This document shows, one piece after another, positions 27,772-36,734 of a stretch of DNA of 64,000 bases. The notes beneath the pieces were generated by a model, which saw only the letters and a list, made by a program, of their open reading frames with translations, was not told the origin of the DNA and ran no database searches. This DNA is from Candidatus Levyibacteriota bacterium. Lineage in GTDB: Bacteria > Patescibacteriota > Microgenomatia > Levybacterales > UBA12049. How positions within the stretch are numbered: position 1 is the stretch's first letter; each line of letters begins with the position of its first letter. The stretch is from positions 373,549 to 437,548 of the forward strand of contig CAVRKE010000001.1 in NCBI GenBank assembly GCA_963722305.1, in the 5' to 3' direction. Made by a program: the position numbers and the translations under genes.

Positions 27772-28411
27772 TTAAGCAAGTTTGTCTAGAAATTGTCGGA
27801 GCTGGCCGGTTCTATCCAGAAGGATTTTGTTGCCGTCGGTTAAAACCTTTTTTGTTCCTTCATCGGCCGGAATTTTTATCCAATCCGCAGTTGTAAAATT
27901 GTATTCGATCTCAAAACCGTTCTTGTAAAAGACCCTTTTTGTTTTAAGCAGTCCCCAATGTTCGTCCATTATTTTTTCGGCGTACCCGAATTTTCCTATC
28001 CATGAATCATCTTTTAGATATAAGTCCGGTTTTTGGGTAATGATTACTAAATCAACGTCCGAAGTTTCCTTAAAGGAATTTCTGGCATACGAGCCTACCA
28101 AAAACACCCCAATAATATCCTCCTGGAAAATTGCCCAATCAACAAGTTTTTTTAAAAATGCCTCAATGTCTTCCACTAAATTGATTATAGCATTCCCCTT
28201 CTTATCCGTTACTGCAAGTCCTGAATGAAGTGAAGGATCAAATTTATTTTTTGGGAAGATCAATTATTTTGGCCGGGCCTTTGACCGGCCCACGTCTTCT
28301 TGAGGGATGAAATTCATGAGGGTCCCGATGCGCATCTATATTGATAATGTGACCGTCTTTATTAACCAACCTAAGCTTTGGTTCCCCACCTTCTTCACCA
28401 TTGTTTATCAT
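27772..28411 (-). CDS. nucleotidyltransferase-domain protein (Pol-beta superfamily). The main ORF 27772..28263 is preceded by a 55-codon N-terminal extension in another frame at an A6 run
   Basis: NTase motif GVFLVGSYARNSFKETSDVDLVII. Removing one A from the A6 run at minus-strand 28247-28252 fuses the extension (MINNGEEGGE...) in frame. Confidence 0.5.
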
Positions 28412-28490
28412 ATTTACTAGTATAGCACTACCGTTATTTTCTCAGCTAAAATTCAACCCCACACGTTACTATTAGTGCTATAATTTTGCC

Positions 28491-29801
28491 ATGCAGTTTA
28501 AATTGGCTAAACCCACAAATTTCCCTAAATTACCTAAATTCCCTCATTTGCCCCATTTGCCCCGCTTGAAACAGGAGTCGGTTGGAAAAATAGCCGCTTT
28601 TCTGGCTAAACATAAAGTGGCGCTGACAATCCTAATTTCGTTTATTCTCTTTGTCACGGTAGCAATGTGGTACCGGGGATACCTCCTTTCCAAAATGAAG
28701 CAAACTTTAGGAAGTTCCAGTGATGAAATATTTTATTCCACCAAGTCTGAAAATCTGGGCCCGACTATTAGCCTTCCTACACCTTCCGACAATAACACCA
28801 TTCTTCCGAATAATTCCGCTTCTTATGAAAATACAATACCAACACCTTTCCCCACACTTGCGCCTCTGCCGGCAATTACTCCGATACCGGTTTCCACAAC
28901 AACTACAAACACCAGCACTTCTTCTACCAGTAACAGCTCGGGCAACCCCAACTGTACGACCGGTTCGGGTACGCCCAATTCCTGGTATTCCGATGTTTAC
29001 CCCAATCCTTCAGCCGCATCAACCAATACCGGCTCCATCACCATGTATGTTTACATCCGCGACTGCAACGAAAATACTGCATCGGTTTCCGACAACTTGA
29101 ACATTTCCTTAAGTTCGGGCGATTCGAATACGCAAATTAACGGCAATAGTCTTCCTGCTACTGTGACTACACAAAACGGAGTCGCCAGTTTTACCGTTGC
29201 CTCGCAGGTTAGCGGCACAGTTACTTTGGTTGTGCAAGATACTACCAGTAACTTTACTGTAACTAACGTTAACAATAATAATCCGAGCATTACGTTTAAT
29301 AGTAGCGGCAGCTCTTCAGGGAATGCCCATTGCGCAACTGCCAACGGCGTACCGAATTTCTGGTATTCTGAGGTTTCTCCAAACTCCCCTATTTCCGCCG
29401 CTACCGGCTCTACCGTAACGCTGACGGTTAACATCCAAGACTGCGGCAAAAACAATGTCTCCTCCGACAACCTAACACTTACTCAAACTTCCAGCGATTC
29501 CAGCTTAACCGTGAACGGCTCTTCCGCGCCGGTGAGCGTTCAAGCGCAAAATGGCGTTGCCACTTTTAATCTAGTTTCGCAAAACGCCGGCACAGATACG
29601 TTCACGATACAAGACACTACCAGTAACTTTGCGGTAACCGATTCCAACAACAATTCTCCGAGCATCGTTTTTAGCGGCTCTTCAACCACTACCACACCAA
29701 CTCCGACACCAACCGTGACAACGGCTCCAACGCCAAGCGTAACAGATACTCCAACTCCCACGCCAACACCATCCACTACTCCCACAACAACTGGTCCATA
29801 A
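28491..29801 (+). CDS. cell-surface protein with N-terminal TM anchor, two ~115-aa Ig-like tandem repeats and a Thr/Pro-rich tail
   Basis: Internal repeats (NCTTGSGTPNSWYSDVYPN...QDTTSNFTVTN / HCATANGVPNFWYSEVSPN...QDTTSNFAVTD); C-terminal TPTPTPT. Confidence 0.5.
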   Translation: MQFKLAKPTNFPKLPKFPHLPHLPRLKQESVGKIAAFLAKHKVALTILISFILFVTVAMWYRGYLLSKMKQTLGSSSDEIFYSTKSENLGPTISLPTPSDNNTILPNNSASYENTIPTPFPTLAPLPAITPIPVSTTTTNTSTSSTSNSSGNPNCTTGSGTPNSWYSDVYPNPSAASTNTGSITMYVYIRDCNENTASVSDNLNISLSSGDSNTQINGNSLPATVTTQNGVASFTVASQVSGTVTLVVQDTTSNFTVTNVNNNNPSITFNSSGSSSGNAHCATANGVPNFWYSEVSPNSPISAATGSTVTLTVNIQDCGKNNVSSDNLTLTQTSSDSSLTVNGSSAPVSVQAQNGVATFNLVSQNAGTDTFTIQDTTSNFAVTDSNNNSPSIVFSGSSTTTTPTPTPTVTTAPTPSVTDTPTPTPTPSTTPTTTGP

Positions 29802-29808
29802 CCGTAGG

Positions 29809-29840
29809 CATCCCATCCCCTTTTCGCCTGTTGCCAAATA
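29809..29840 (+). repeat. island repeat copy h (CATCCCATCCCCTTTTCGCCTGTTGCCAAATA)
   Basis: Last copy, downstream of the surface-protein gene. Confidence 0.65.
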
Positions 29841-29920
29841 TGAAAAAGTACTCAGCATTCTCTAAGAAATAACCTTTATGCTAAATTTATGATTACAAAG
29901 GAGGTGAATTTAGAATAACA

Positions 29921-30502
29921 ATGAAGAAGCAAAAAATTGCGCTTTCTCTGGTAATACTAACAGTTTTAACCACCACACTATTGGTTGTTCCGTCTGCTTT
30001 TGCCCAAAGCACAACGGCAAATAATAAACCAAATTTTTTCCAAGGGTTAATTCAGTTTATCGAGCAGAAATTTGGGCTTAATAAGGACCAAGTTACGTCA
30101 GCGGTCAATCAATATAAAAACCAAGTGAAAGCGACCATTACACCACGTCCGACACTAACGCCGGAGCAAATCCAGGCACAGGAAAAAGCCGGGCTGGATA
30201 AACTTGTCACTGCCGGGAAAATAACCAGTGCTCAGGAAACATTAATCTTAAATGAGCTTTCGGCTTTGAACAGTCAATATCCCTTAACCGGATTGACGGG
30301 AACTCAAAGGAGAACTCAAATGCAGGCAATGCAAGCTGCGCTTAAAGCGTGGGCTACCAGCAACAACATTAATCTTGCCTACATACCGATGTTTGGAGGA
30401 ATGGGTGGACCAGGTGGGCCAAGAGGAAAAATGGGTGGAAGAGGCGGTTTCCGTGGACCATGGGGAGCAAAACCAACTATTACACCAACGCCAACTCAAT
30501 AA
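29921..30502 (+). CDS. hypothetical secreted protein with Gly-rich C-terminus
   Basis: Signal peptide MKKQKIALSLVILTVLTTTLLVVPSAFA; C-terminal GGMGGPGGPRGKMGGRGGFRG. Confidence 0.4.
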   Translation: MKKQKIALSLVILTVLTTTLLVVPSAFAQSTTANNKPNFFQGLIQFIEQKFGLNKDQVTSAVNQYKNQVKATITPRPTLTPEQIQAQEKAGLDKLVTAGKITSAQETLILNELSALNSQYPLTGLTGTQRRTQMQAMQAALKAWATSNNINLAYIPMFGGMGGPGGPRGKMGGRGGFRGPWGAKPTITPTPTQ

Positions 30503-30515
30503 ATCTTTTCCGTCT

Positions 30516-30564
30516 AAAAACAAACGCTTTACTTATAAACAGAAGGCGTTTGTTTTGTTTTTCA
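30516..30564 (+). terminator. rho-independent terminator (AACAAACGC / GCGTTTGTT stem, then a T-run)
   Basis: 9-bp perfect stem with 18-nt loop followed by TTGTTTTTC. Confidence 0.5.
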
Positions 30565-30632
30565 ATACCGGTAATTTACATTACAGTTTTCTTCTATAAA
30601 AAGGATTATTCTTCTAAAAGAAAGGGGAAATT

Positions 30633-31037
30633 ATGCCAAATAGAGTTGTGCATTTTGAAATTGAGGCCAAAGATATGGACAGAGCCAAAAAATTTTACGG
30701 CGAGGCTTTTGGTTGGGAAATGGATAAAATGGGAGACGAATACGGCGGTTATCTTGTGATAAAAACCGGGGAAAATACCGGCAAAATGGAAGATATGGGA
30801 ATCAACGGCGGAATTTATAAAAGTATGAAGGACGATAAGGAAATTAATGCCTACCGCTGCGTTATCGGGGTTGAAGACGCTGAAAAAGCTGCAGAAGCCG
30901 TAACAAAAGCCGGTGGGAAAGTTTTAAGTAAGCCAAGCGATATTCCCAATGTGGGACTGTTTGTTAGTTGCAAAGACACTGAAGGAAATAATTTTACCAT
31001 GCTCCAACCTTCTCCAAATATGACACCGCAGAAATAA
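30633..31037 (+). CDS. VOC family protein (glyoxalase/bleomycin-resistance fold)
   Basis: HFEIEAKDMDRAKKFYGEAFGW N-terminal glyoxalase motif. Confidence 0.7.
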   Translation: MPNRVVHFEIEAKDMDRAKKFYGEAFGWEMDKMGDEYGGYLVIKTGENTGKMEDMGINGGIYKSMKDDKEINAYRCVIGVEDAEKAAEAVTKAGGKVLSKPSDIPNVGLFVSCKDTEGNNFTMLQPSPNMTPQK

Positions 31038-31047
31038 TAAATTTAAC

Positions 31048-31488
31048 TTACTGTCCGGGGTTAATGCGCAGAGTTTGGGCGCTGACTGAACCGTTTGAGG
31101 AAGTTTGTCCGGTGATGGTGACGTTTTGACCGTTTTGCAGATTACTTTGACTGGCGGTACTAAGTTGTGAATACTGAGTTGAAGATGAAAGGTTGACTGC
31201 TCTGGTTGAACCGTCGGGAAGTTTAAGTGTTACCTGGTTGCCGGAAATACCGGTGATTGTCCCATTAAGCACTCCCCTCCTCATCTGCATTCCGTTAAAA
31301 CCGATGTTTGGTCCAAAACCAAAATTTTGTGGTCTGACTCCATATTGGAAATTCATCATTGGTCTTCCATAATAAAATCCCCTTGCCAAACGGGCTCTCT
31401 GAAAAGCCATTCCTACGCCGAAAGCGATAAATCCGACGATAACGACAAGGATTAAGGCAATACCGATTATTTTAGATTCATTCTTCAC
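31048..31488 (-). CDS. hypothetical membrane-anchored protein
   Basis: N-terminal TM helix, Gly/Asn/Gln-rich remainder. Confidence 0.35.
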   Translation of the reverse strand: MKNESKIIGIALILVVIVGFIAFGVGMAFQRARLARGFYYGRPMMNFQYGVRPQNFGFGPNIGFNGMQMRRGVLNGTITGISGNQVTLKLPDGSTRAVNLSSSTQYSQLSTASQSNLQNGQNVTITGQTSSNGSVSAQTLRINPGQ

Positions 31489-31571
31489 GGGGGCAGTATA
31501 ACACTATTTTCTGAGAAAAGGCTGAATAAAGTAAGCTTTCAACCCAATCCTGTCAAGTAGCTAGTAGACTG

Positions 31572-31600
31572 TTGACACAGGACCAAGAACAGCCTATAAT
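31572..31600 (+). promoter_or_regulatory. perfect consensus sigma70 promoter TTGACA-N17-TATAAT
   Basis: TTGACA 31572-31577, TATAAT 31595-31600; 146 nt upstream of the 31747 ORF. Confidence 0.5.
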
Positions 31601-31746
31601 TGGGCCGCCAAATGCGAGAAGCTAGCCGGAGAAAGACAACTTCCCTAACAATTGACACCTTCAAACAAGGAAATGCCACCCTATTTTTTACTTTTCTCAA
31701 AAGATTATTAAGAGATATTAATTTATTTTATCTAAGCTAAGCTATT

Positions 31747-33201
31747 ATGAATGAACTACCAAGAAGTCCATATGCAAATGCTGCCCAAAGACCACTTGAA
31801 TATTTTTTGCCAACGGCTGGATTCGTAGATAGAGATCTTGAATACGTTCGGCGACTAGTAGATTATCGAGAAGGGATTCATCGAAACAGACGAATTTTAA
31901 GGGACAGAAGGCTGTGTCGAGCGATTGTCGATAGCGCAGTTGCTGCTGTCACAATGATAGATGAAACTAGACCCGCAGGCGAAAAAGGCTATACGGTTCA
32001 GGCGATGAAAGTCCGTGACATTTATGAAGGCTTGCAAAGGTTGGGTACTGCTCAGGCACAATTGGCAGTGCTTGAAGGAGCATTAAACGATGCTAATCCT
32101 CTGATAAAAGCTGATGTTATCCGCCGTTTCATAAGAAGCTCTAATAAAATTAGTGCCGATGGAAAACTGGAAAAACAATATCCTTATATTTATCCGGTGG
32201 TATTCGATAAATTACTTGAACCAACAGGTAATTCTACCATCGACGACGAACAAAAAAAACTGGCCTTAAAGATTATTGTCGAAAATCCGACAGCGGGTTA
32301 CGATAAGGCAGGACGGGTTTTTGAAAGCATTAACCGTTTATTCATTTATGTCATCGAAGACGACCTCCCCGAAGAAAAAAGAATGGAGTATGTTTATGCT
32401 GCCGCAAATTTGCATCAACGGGCAGTTTCGGGCCAACAGAGGTCAGAACGTTTCCCCATAGGAATAGCTGAACCGGTTAGAGATCGACTAAGCGGCATCT
32501 TACAAAGTGAGCTTGAAAAGGCATTGGAACGATTTAGACCTTCAACTAAAAGCGAGATGGAAGCCTTATTAAGAAAAATTGCCCGTAAAAATCTGAATCT
32601 CTTAAACGCAAGGGAAACGTCTGCCGCAAAAGATCGTGTGCAGTTTGACATGCAAAAAGAGATTAAAAAACTTGAAAATAATATGAGTCTACCTGAAGAG
32701 ATGGATGCCAAAAATCAGGTGGATGCGCTTAAACATCTCTACGCTGGCGGGGACGTGCCTTTTGAAATTAATGATTTGATTCAGGAATACGAAGATTTAC
32801 TGGCCATAGTCGGATTTAGAGCCAATTCTCTTATTAATATTCTAATCACGGAGGATGAAGCGGAAGAAAAAGCCCGAAGAGAGGCCGAAAGAATCCAAAA
32901 AGAAGCAGCTGCGCAGAAAGCCAAGAGTGAAGCTGAGGAACAAGCCAAACAAACTAAGATTAGACAAGAAGCAGCCAGAGCGCAAATGCTCGCAAGAATT
33001 AAAACTCAAGTTCCTCCTGAAGTTTTTGGACTTTTGGACGGAACGGCAGAAATTAAACTCAAAACAACAACTGTAAGTAATCCAGGAACTAAACCTGCGA
33101 AACCCACAGCCTCTAATAAGAGGGTCGTAGATAATAGCCCGGAAGCCAGAGAACAAAGGCTTAGAGAGCTGGCTCACCGCATGGAAACAGAAACTACTTA
33201 G
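31747..33201 (+). CDS. hypothetical 484-aa soluble protein with charged coiled-coil C-terminus (ORFan)
   Basis: No TM or known motifs; Lys/Glu/Ala-rich C-terminal repeats; higher GC. Confidence 0.4.
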   Translation: MNELPRSPYANAAQRPLEYFLPTAGFVDRDLEYVRRLVDYREGIHRNRRILRDRRLCRAIVDSAVAAVTMIDETRPAGEKGYTVQAMKVRDIYEGLQRLGTAQAQLAVLEGALNDANPLIKADVIRRFIRSSNKISADGKLEKQYPYIYPVVFDKLLEPTGNSTIDDEQKKLALKIIVENPTAGYDKAGRVFESINRLFIYVIEDDLPEEKRMEYVYAAANLHQRAVSGQQRSERFPIGIAEPVRDRLSGILQSELEKALERFRPSTKSEMEALLRKIARKNLNLLNARETSAAKDRVQFDMQKEIKKLENNMSLPEEMDAKNQVDALKHLYAGGDVPFEINDLIQEYEDLLAIVGFRANSLINILITEDEAEEKARREAERIQKEAAAQKAKSEAEEQAKQTKIRQEAARAQMLARIKTQVPPEVFGLLDGTAEIKLKTTTVSNPGTKPAKPTASNKRVVDNSPEAREQRLRELAHRMETETT

Positions 33202-33264
33202 AAGTACTAATAACAGATGAAAAATAGCGAAAACTGCTGCCTTGCGCTATAATACGCTTCAACT

Positions 33265-34338
33265 ATGCACTCTAAATATTGGGACAAAAATACCATTGAC
33301 AAAATCCGTCGGGGTTATTACTCTGCCAGTTATTTTAATAAAACCAAAACGATTCTTTTGCGGGAAAAGAACCTGAAAAATGTTACCATGCAAATTTTTC
33401 AGAAAAATGAAGGGGCGGTTTTATGCGGGGTTGAAATTGTAATTGAACTTTTGCAGGTTGGTGCAGGATATTTTCGGAACGGGCGATGGGTTTCTAAATT
33501 TAGCGATTTGAAAATTGTGGCTTTGAAAGATGGGACTGTCCTGAAGCCCTGGCAGTCGGTAATGCATATCAAGGGCCCATACGCTTATTTTGCCCAACTT
33601 GAGTCTTTATACTTGGGAATTTTGGCCAGAGCGACTACTGTTGCCACCAATGCCAGAAAGATTGTTGAGGCGGCACGCGGCAAACCGGTGCTATTTTTTG
33701 CCGACAGATTTGATTACTTTTTAAACCAGGAAATTGACGGCTATGCCGCTTCCTTCGGTGGCATAACCGCAGTTTGCAGCCAAGCACATGCAGAGTGGTT
33801 AGGCAAGGAACCGGTTGGTACCATCCCCCACTCCTTGATAGCGATAAGTAACGGAAACACTATTGAAGCAGTCGGTAAATTTAATCGGTATTTTCCCAAA
33901 GATAATTTAATCGCCCTGGTTGATTTTGAGAACGACTGCGTGAATGAAAGTTTGCAGGTCGCAAAAGCATTTGGTAAGAAATTATGGGGAGTCAGGCTGG
34001 ATACGGCAGAAAATCTGGTTGACCAAAGTCTCAAGAGATTTACTGAACATAGTAATAAGCTACATGGTGTCAATCCGACGCTGGTGAAAAAGTTAAGAAA
34101 AACTTTGGATGAGAATAAATTCGAGCACATTAAGATTATTGTTTCCGGAGGATTTAATCAGCAAAAAATCGCCGGGTTTGAAAAGGAAAAAGCGCCGGTT
34201 GATATTTATGCCGTCGGCTCGGCCATGCTTGAGGGAAAAAATGACTTCACCGCGGATATAGTTGAGGTTGCGGGCAAACCAATTGCTAAGGTCGGCAGAA
34301 AGCTACAACCTATCGAAGGTCCAGTGTCTCGCCTTTAA
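33265..34338 (+). CDS. nicotinate phosphoribosyltransferase-like protein (NAPRTase family)
   Basis: Overall similarity to archaeal-type NAPRTase/QPRTase fold (FADRFDYF, GTIPHSLIA, VRLDTAENL). Confidence 0.5.
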   Translation: MHSKYWDKNTIDKIRRGYYSASYFNKTKTILLREKNLKNVTMQIFQKNEGAVLCGVEIVIELLQVGAGYFRNGRWVSKFSDLKIVALKDGTVLKPWQSVMHIKGPYAYFAQLESLYLGILARATTVATNARKIVEAARGKPVLFFADRFDYFLNQEIDGYAASFGGITAVCSQAHAEWLGKEPVGTIPHSLIAISNGNTIEAVGKFNRYFPKDNLIALVDFENDCVNESLQVAKAFGKKLWGVRLDTAENLVDQSLKRFTEHSNKLHGVNPTLVKKLRKTLDENKFEHIKIIVSGGFNQQKIAGFEKEKAPVDIYAVGSAMLEGKNDFTADIVEVAGKPIAKVGRKLQPIEGPVSRL

Positions 34339-35440
34339 AGACAAGGTTTTTGGGTTTGATGACCACTTGTTTTTCGCCAGTTTGAACTGTGCCCGCATCG
34401 ATTGCCTGAAAATTGTTTTCTTGAACTATTTTCAAAGTTTTCTGCACAGCTTCTGCCGCTACAAAAATCGCATAATCCTGTCCCATGTTGTATGTTTGGT
34501 ACATTTCATCATTATCAAGTCCCGCTTGTTGTTGAATGAAGTTGAAAACTTCCTGCGGCTCAAATATTTTTTCCAAAACATAGGTGAACTCCGGCCTTCC
34601 CCGCATCACTTTTCTCATTCCATGGCCGGTGATGTTGGAAATATAATGAATATCGACTCCTGCACTTAAAAGATTTTGCACCAGCTTGGCGTAAATGTTC
34701 GATTTTGTCAACAAAGCTTCTCCGTAAATCTGTCCGCTAGGTAGTTTGGTCGCGTAACTCGCAGACAGTTTTTGGGCGACCGCCCGAGCTAAGGAAATTC
34801 CGTTGGCGTTGACGCCGTTGCTTTTAACTAAAATTATTCTGTCCCCGGCTTTTAACTTTTTATCAGTGATGAGATTTTTTGCAGAGCTGATGATTCCCAC
34901 CGCCGACCCGCCGAATTCGGCTGTATCTTTTACGACAATTTGTTTCATGGTGGCTGTTTCTCCCCCGCCCCACGAAGCGCCGGCTAAATCGCAGGCCGCT
35001 TTCCAACCGTTAATCAAATCCGTCATGCGGACCGTATCGTAAAGCCAATCGTTATCCTCGATCGCCCAATAAGCATGAATTACCAAAGGTGTTGCGCCCA
35101 CAGTTACCAAATCGTTGATAATTGTCGCTACCGTGTCGTGGGCAACGCAATCATAATAAGTTTTACCGGTAATTTTTCTGGTTGCGTCGGCAATTAAATT
35201 TTTCGTTCCCAAACCCTCGATAACCGAAGCCATCAAAACATCTCCCTGCTGTTTATCCCGAGCGGGGCCGAGGGACCAAACATAAGCCGATTCTCCGCGG
35301 GTGTCGGAAATTTCTGAGAAACCATGTTTTTGAAGATTCAGTCCTGTTTCTCTGGCGGCCTTCTGAAACAGTTTTTTAATCGGGTCTTTAGTCGCGTAGT
35401 TATCCCCGACTTGAGAGTAGGTAATTTTTTTTGCCTTCAT
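34310..35440 (-). CDS. purM: phosphoribosylformylglycinamidine cyclo-ligase (AIR synthetase)
   Basis: PurM motifs VIEGLGTK, DCVAHDTVATIINDL, GGETATM, MYQTYNMGQ. Confidence 0.8.
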   Translation of the reverse strand: MKAKKITYSQVGDNYATKDPIKKLFQKAARETGLNLQKHGFSEISDTRGESAYVWSLGPARDKQQGDVLMASVIEGLGTKNLIADATRKITGKTYYDCVAHDTVATIINDLVTVGATPLVIHAYWAIEDNDWLYDTVRMTDLINGWKAACDLAGASWGGGETATMKQIVVKDTAEFGGSAVGIISSAKNLITDKKLKAGDRIILVKSNGVNANGISLARAVAQKLSASYATKLPSGQIYGEALLTKSNIYAKLVQNLLSAGVDIHYISNITGHGMRKVMRGRPEFTYVLEKIFEPQEVFNFIQQQAGLDNDEMYQTYNMGQDYAIFVAAEAVQKTLKIVQENNFQAIDAGTVQTGEKQVVIKPKNLVFKGETLDLR

Positions 35441-35518
35441 AAATTTCTGTTTTGATTATAATTTGAATTGAACCAAATAGCAATTATTTTGACGATTTGA
35501 TATAATCCCATTCGCTAA

Positions 35519-36733
35519 ATGTATATTGATCGCGAAAGTCGTCTTAGTCTGCCCCGTCCCGACTTAATAAGTAAACCCGACCAACAAGAAGGAATTCCCC
35601 AAAGTAATCTTGTGATAATTACCGACGTTGAAGGCCCTCTGGTTTTAGGCGATACCTATGCCGACTTAATGGCCGAATCCGTAAAACCGAACCCCCGAGA
35701 ATTTAGGGGACTTGATTATCGATCGGAGATAAATTACGGAGTGGAACTTTTTGAAGCTACCTATCAATGGTTTACCAAGTACAGATACAACAAAGGTTTG
35801 GGACAGGACGGTTCGGATATTGTTTTACATTTGCCAACCTTATTATTCTTTGGCCAGAAAGACCAGGATGTAATTCAGCAGGCTCGAAGGTCTCGCAAAT
35901 CTCCAGGCTCGGAAAAACTTTTAGACTTTTTGAGAAGTGAAAAGCGGGCTGTCATAGTCGGAGTAACCACTGCCTGGCACCGCCCCCACCAAATCGCTCT
36001 TGAGCCTTTGGGACTTGACGGAATCGTTGGCACCGAATTTTCTCTAGATGAGGCAAAGGAAACTCTGATGAATTCCGGAAAAGGCCAGGAAGAAATAAAA
36101 CTGGTAAAGAGATTCCTTTCGAGGACTTTTAAAGTTATTTCCGATAGGCATTGGGCGTTTGGTGAAGAAAAGGAAATATTTACCAAATGGCTAGAAGAAG
36201 AAATCGAACGTTTTTTCACTGATGTTATCGGTGTCACCTGGGACGAGGAAGGTTACATGGTCACCTCAACCCCCGACCGAAAGTTCAAAACGGAACTTGG
36301 TACATTAATGGCTTCGCTGAGAATAATGGGTGATAAAGAAAAAGCTCGCGCCGCAAAGGTAATTGCCGAAAAATGTTCATTGCCCGGAGCAACCGTGGTG
36401 GCAATCGGCGACGGTTTAAATGATGCGGTAATGCTTAAGGAAACTTTCTGGTCCATAGGCATAAATGGTGCTGCCGCTGCTTCTGCTGCCGCAATCGGTG
36501 TGGCGACTGAAAATGTCGATGTCCTCCAAGTAGTTATTGACTTGATTACCAAATATCCCGAACAAACCGAAGAAAATATTAGAAAAGTTGTTGCGGAAGC
36601 ACAAGAGATACTTGGCGACAGAGCAGTTGTTCACCTTGGAGGAAGAATTGAAAAAATGACACAGGACTTGATAGATTTGCAGGTAAAGGCAAAAAAGAAA
36701 TATCGCGGGAAAGTTGCCTCAAAAACCGCCTAA
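35519..36733 (+). CDS. HAD-superfamily hydrolase-like protein
   Basis: Motif I-like ITDVEGPL and motif IV VVAIGDGLNDAVMLK. Confidence 0.45.
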   Translation: MYIDRESRLSLPRPDLISKPDQQEGIPQSNLVIITDVEGPLVLGDTYADLMAESVKPNPREFRGLDYRSEINYGVELFEATYQWFTKYRYNKGLGQDGSDIVLHLPTLLFFGQKDQDVIQQARRSRKSPGSEKLLDFLRSEKRAVIVGVTTAWHRPHQIALEPLGLDGIVGTEFSLDEAKETLMNSGKGQEEIKLVKRFLSRTFKVISDRHWAFGEEKEIFTKWLEEEIERFFTDVIGVTWDEEGYMVTSTPDRKFKTELGTLMASLRIMGDKEKARAAKVIAEKCSLPGATVVAIGDGLNDAVMLKETFWSIGINGAAAASAAAIGVATENVDVLQVVIDLITKYPEQTEENIRKVVAEAQEILGDRAVVHLGGRIEKMTQDLIDLQVKAKKKYRGKVASKTA

Positions 36734-36734
36734 C

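Noticed and set aside
28265-28287. GC-rich hairpin GGCCGG-N9-CCGGCC as a rho-independent terminator
   Set aside because: It lies inside the probable N-terminal extension of the nucleotidyltransferase gene and is not followed by a T-tract on either strand.
21391-29840. Interpreting the island repeats as canonical integron attC sites
   Set aside because: No R-double-prime (RYYYAAC) / R-prime (GTTRRRY) core pairs or extended imperfect palindromes of attC type were found. No intI-like recombinase is in the window. I kept it as a cassette-like boundary element of unknown mechanism instead.
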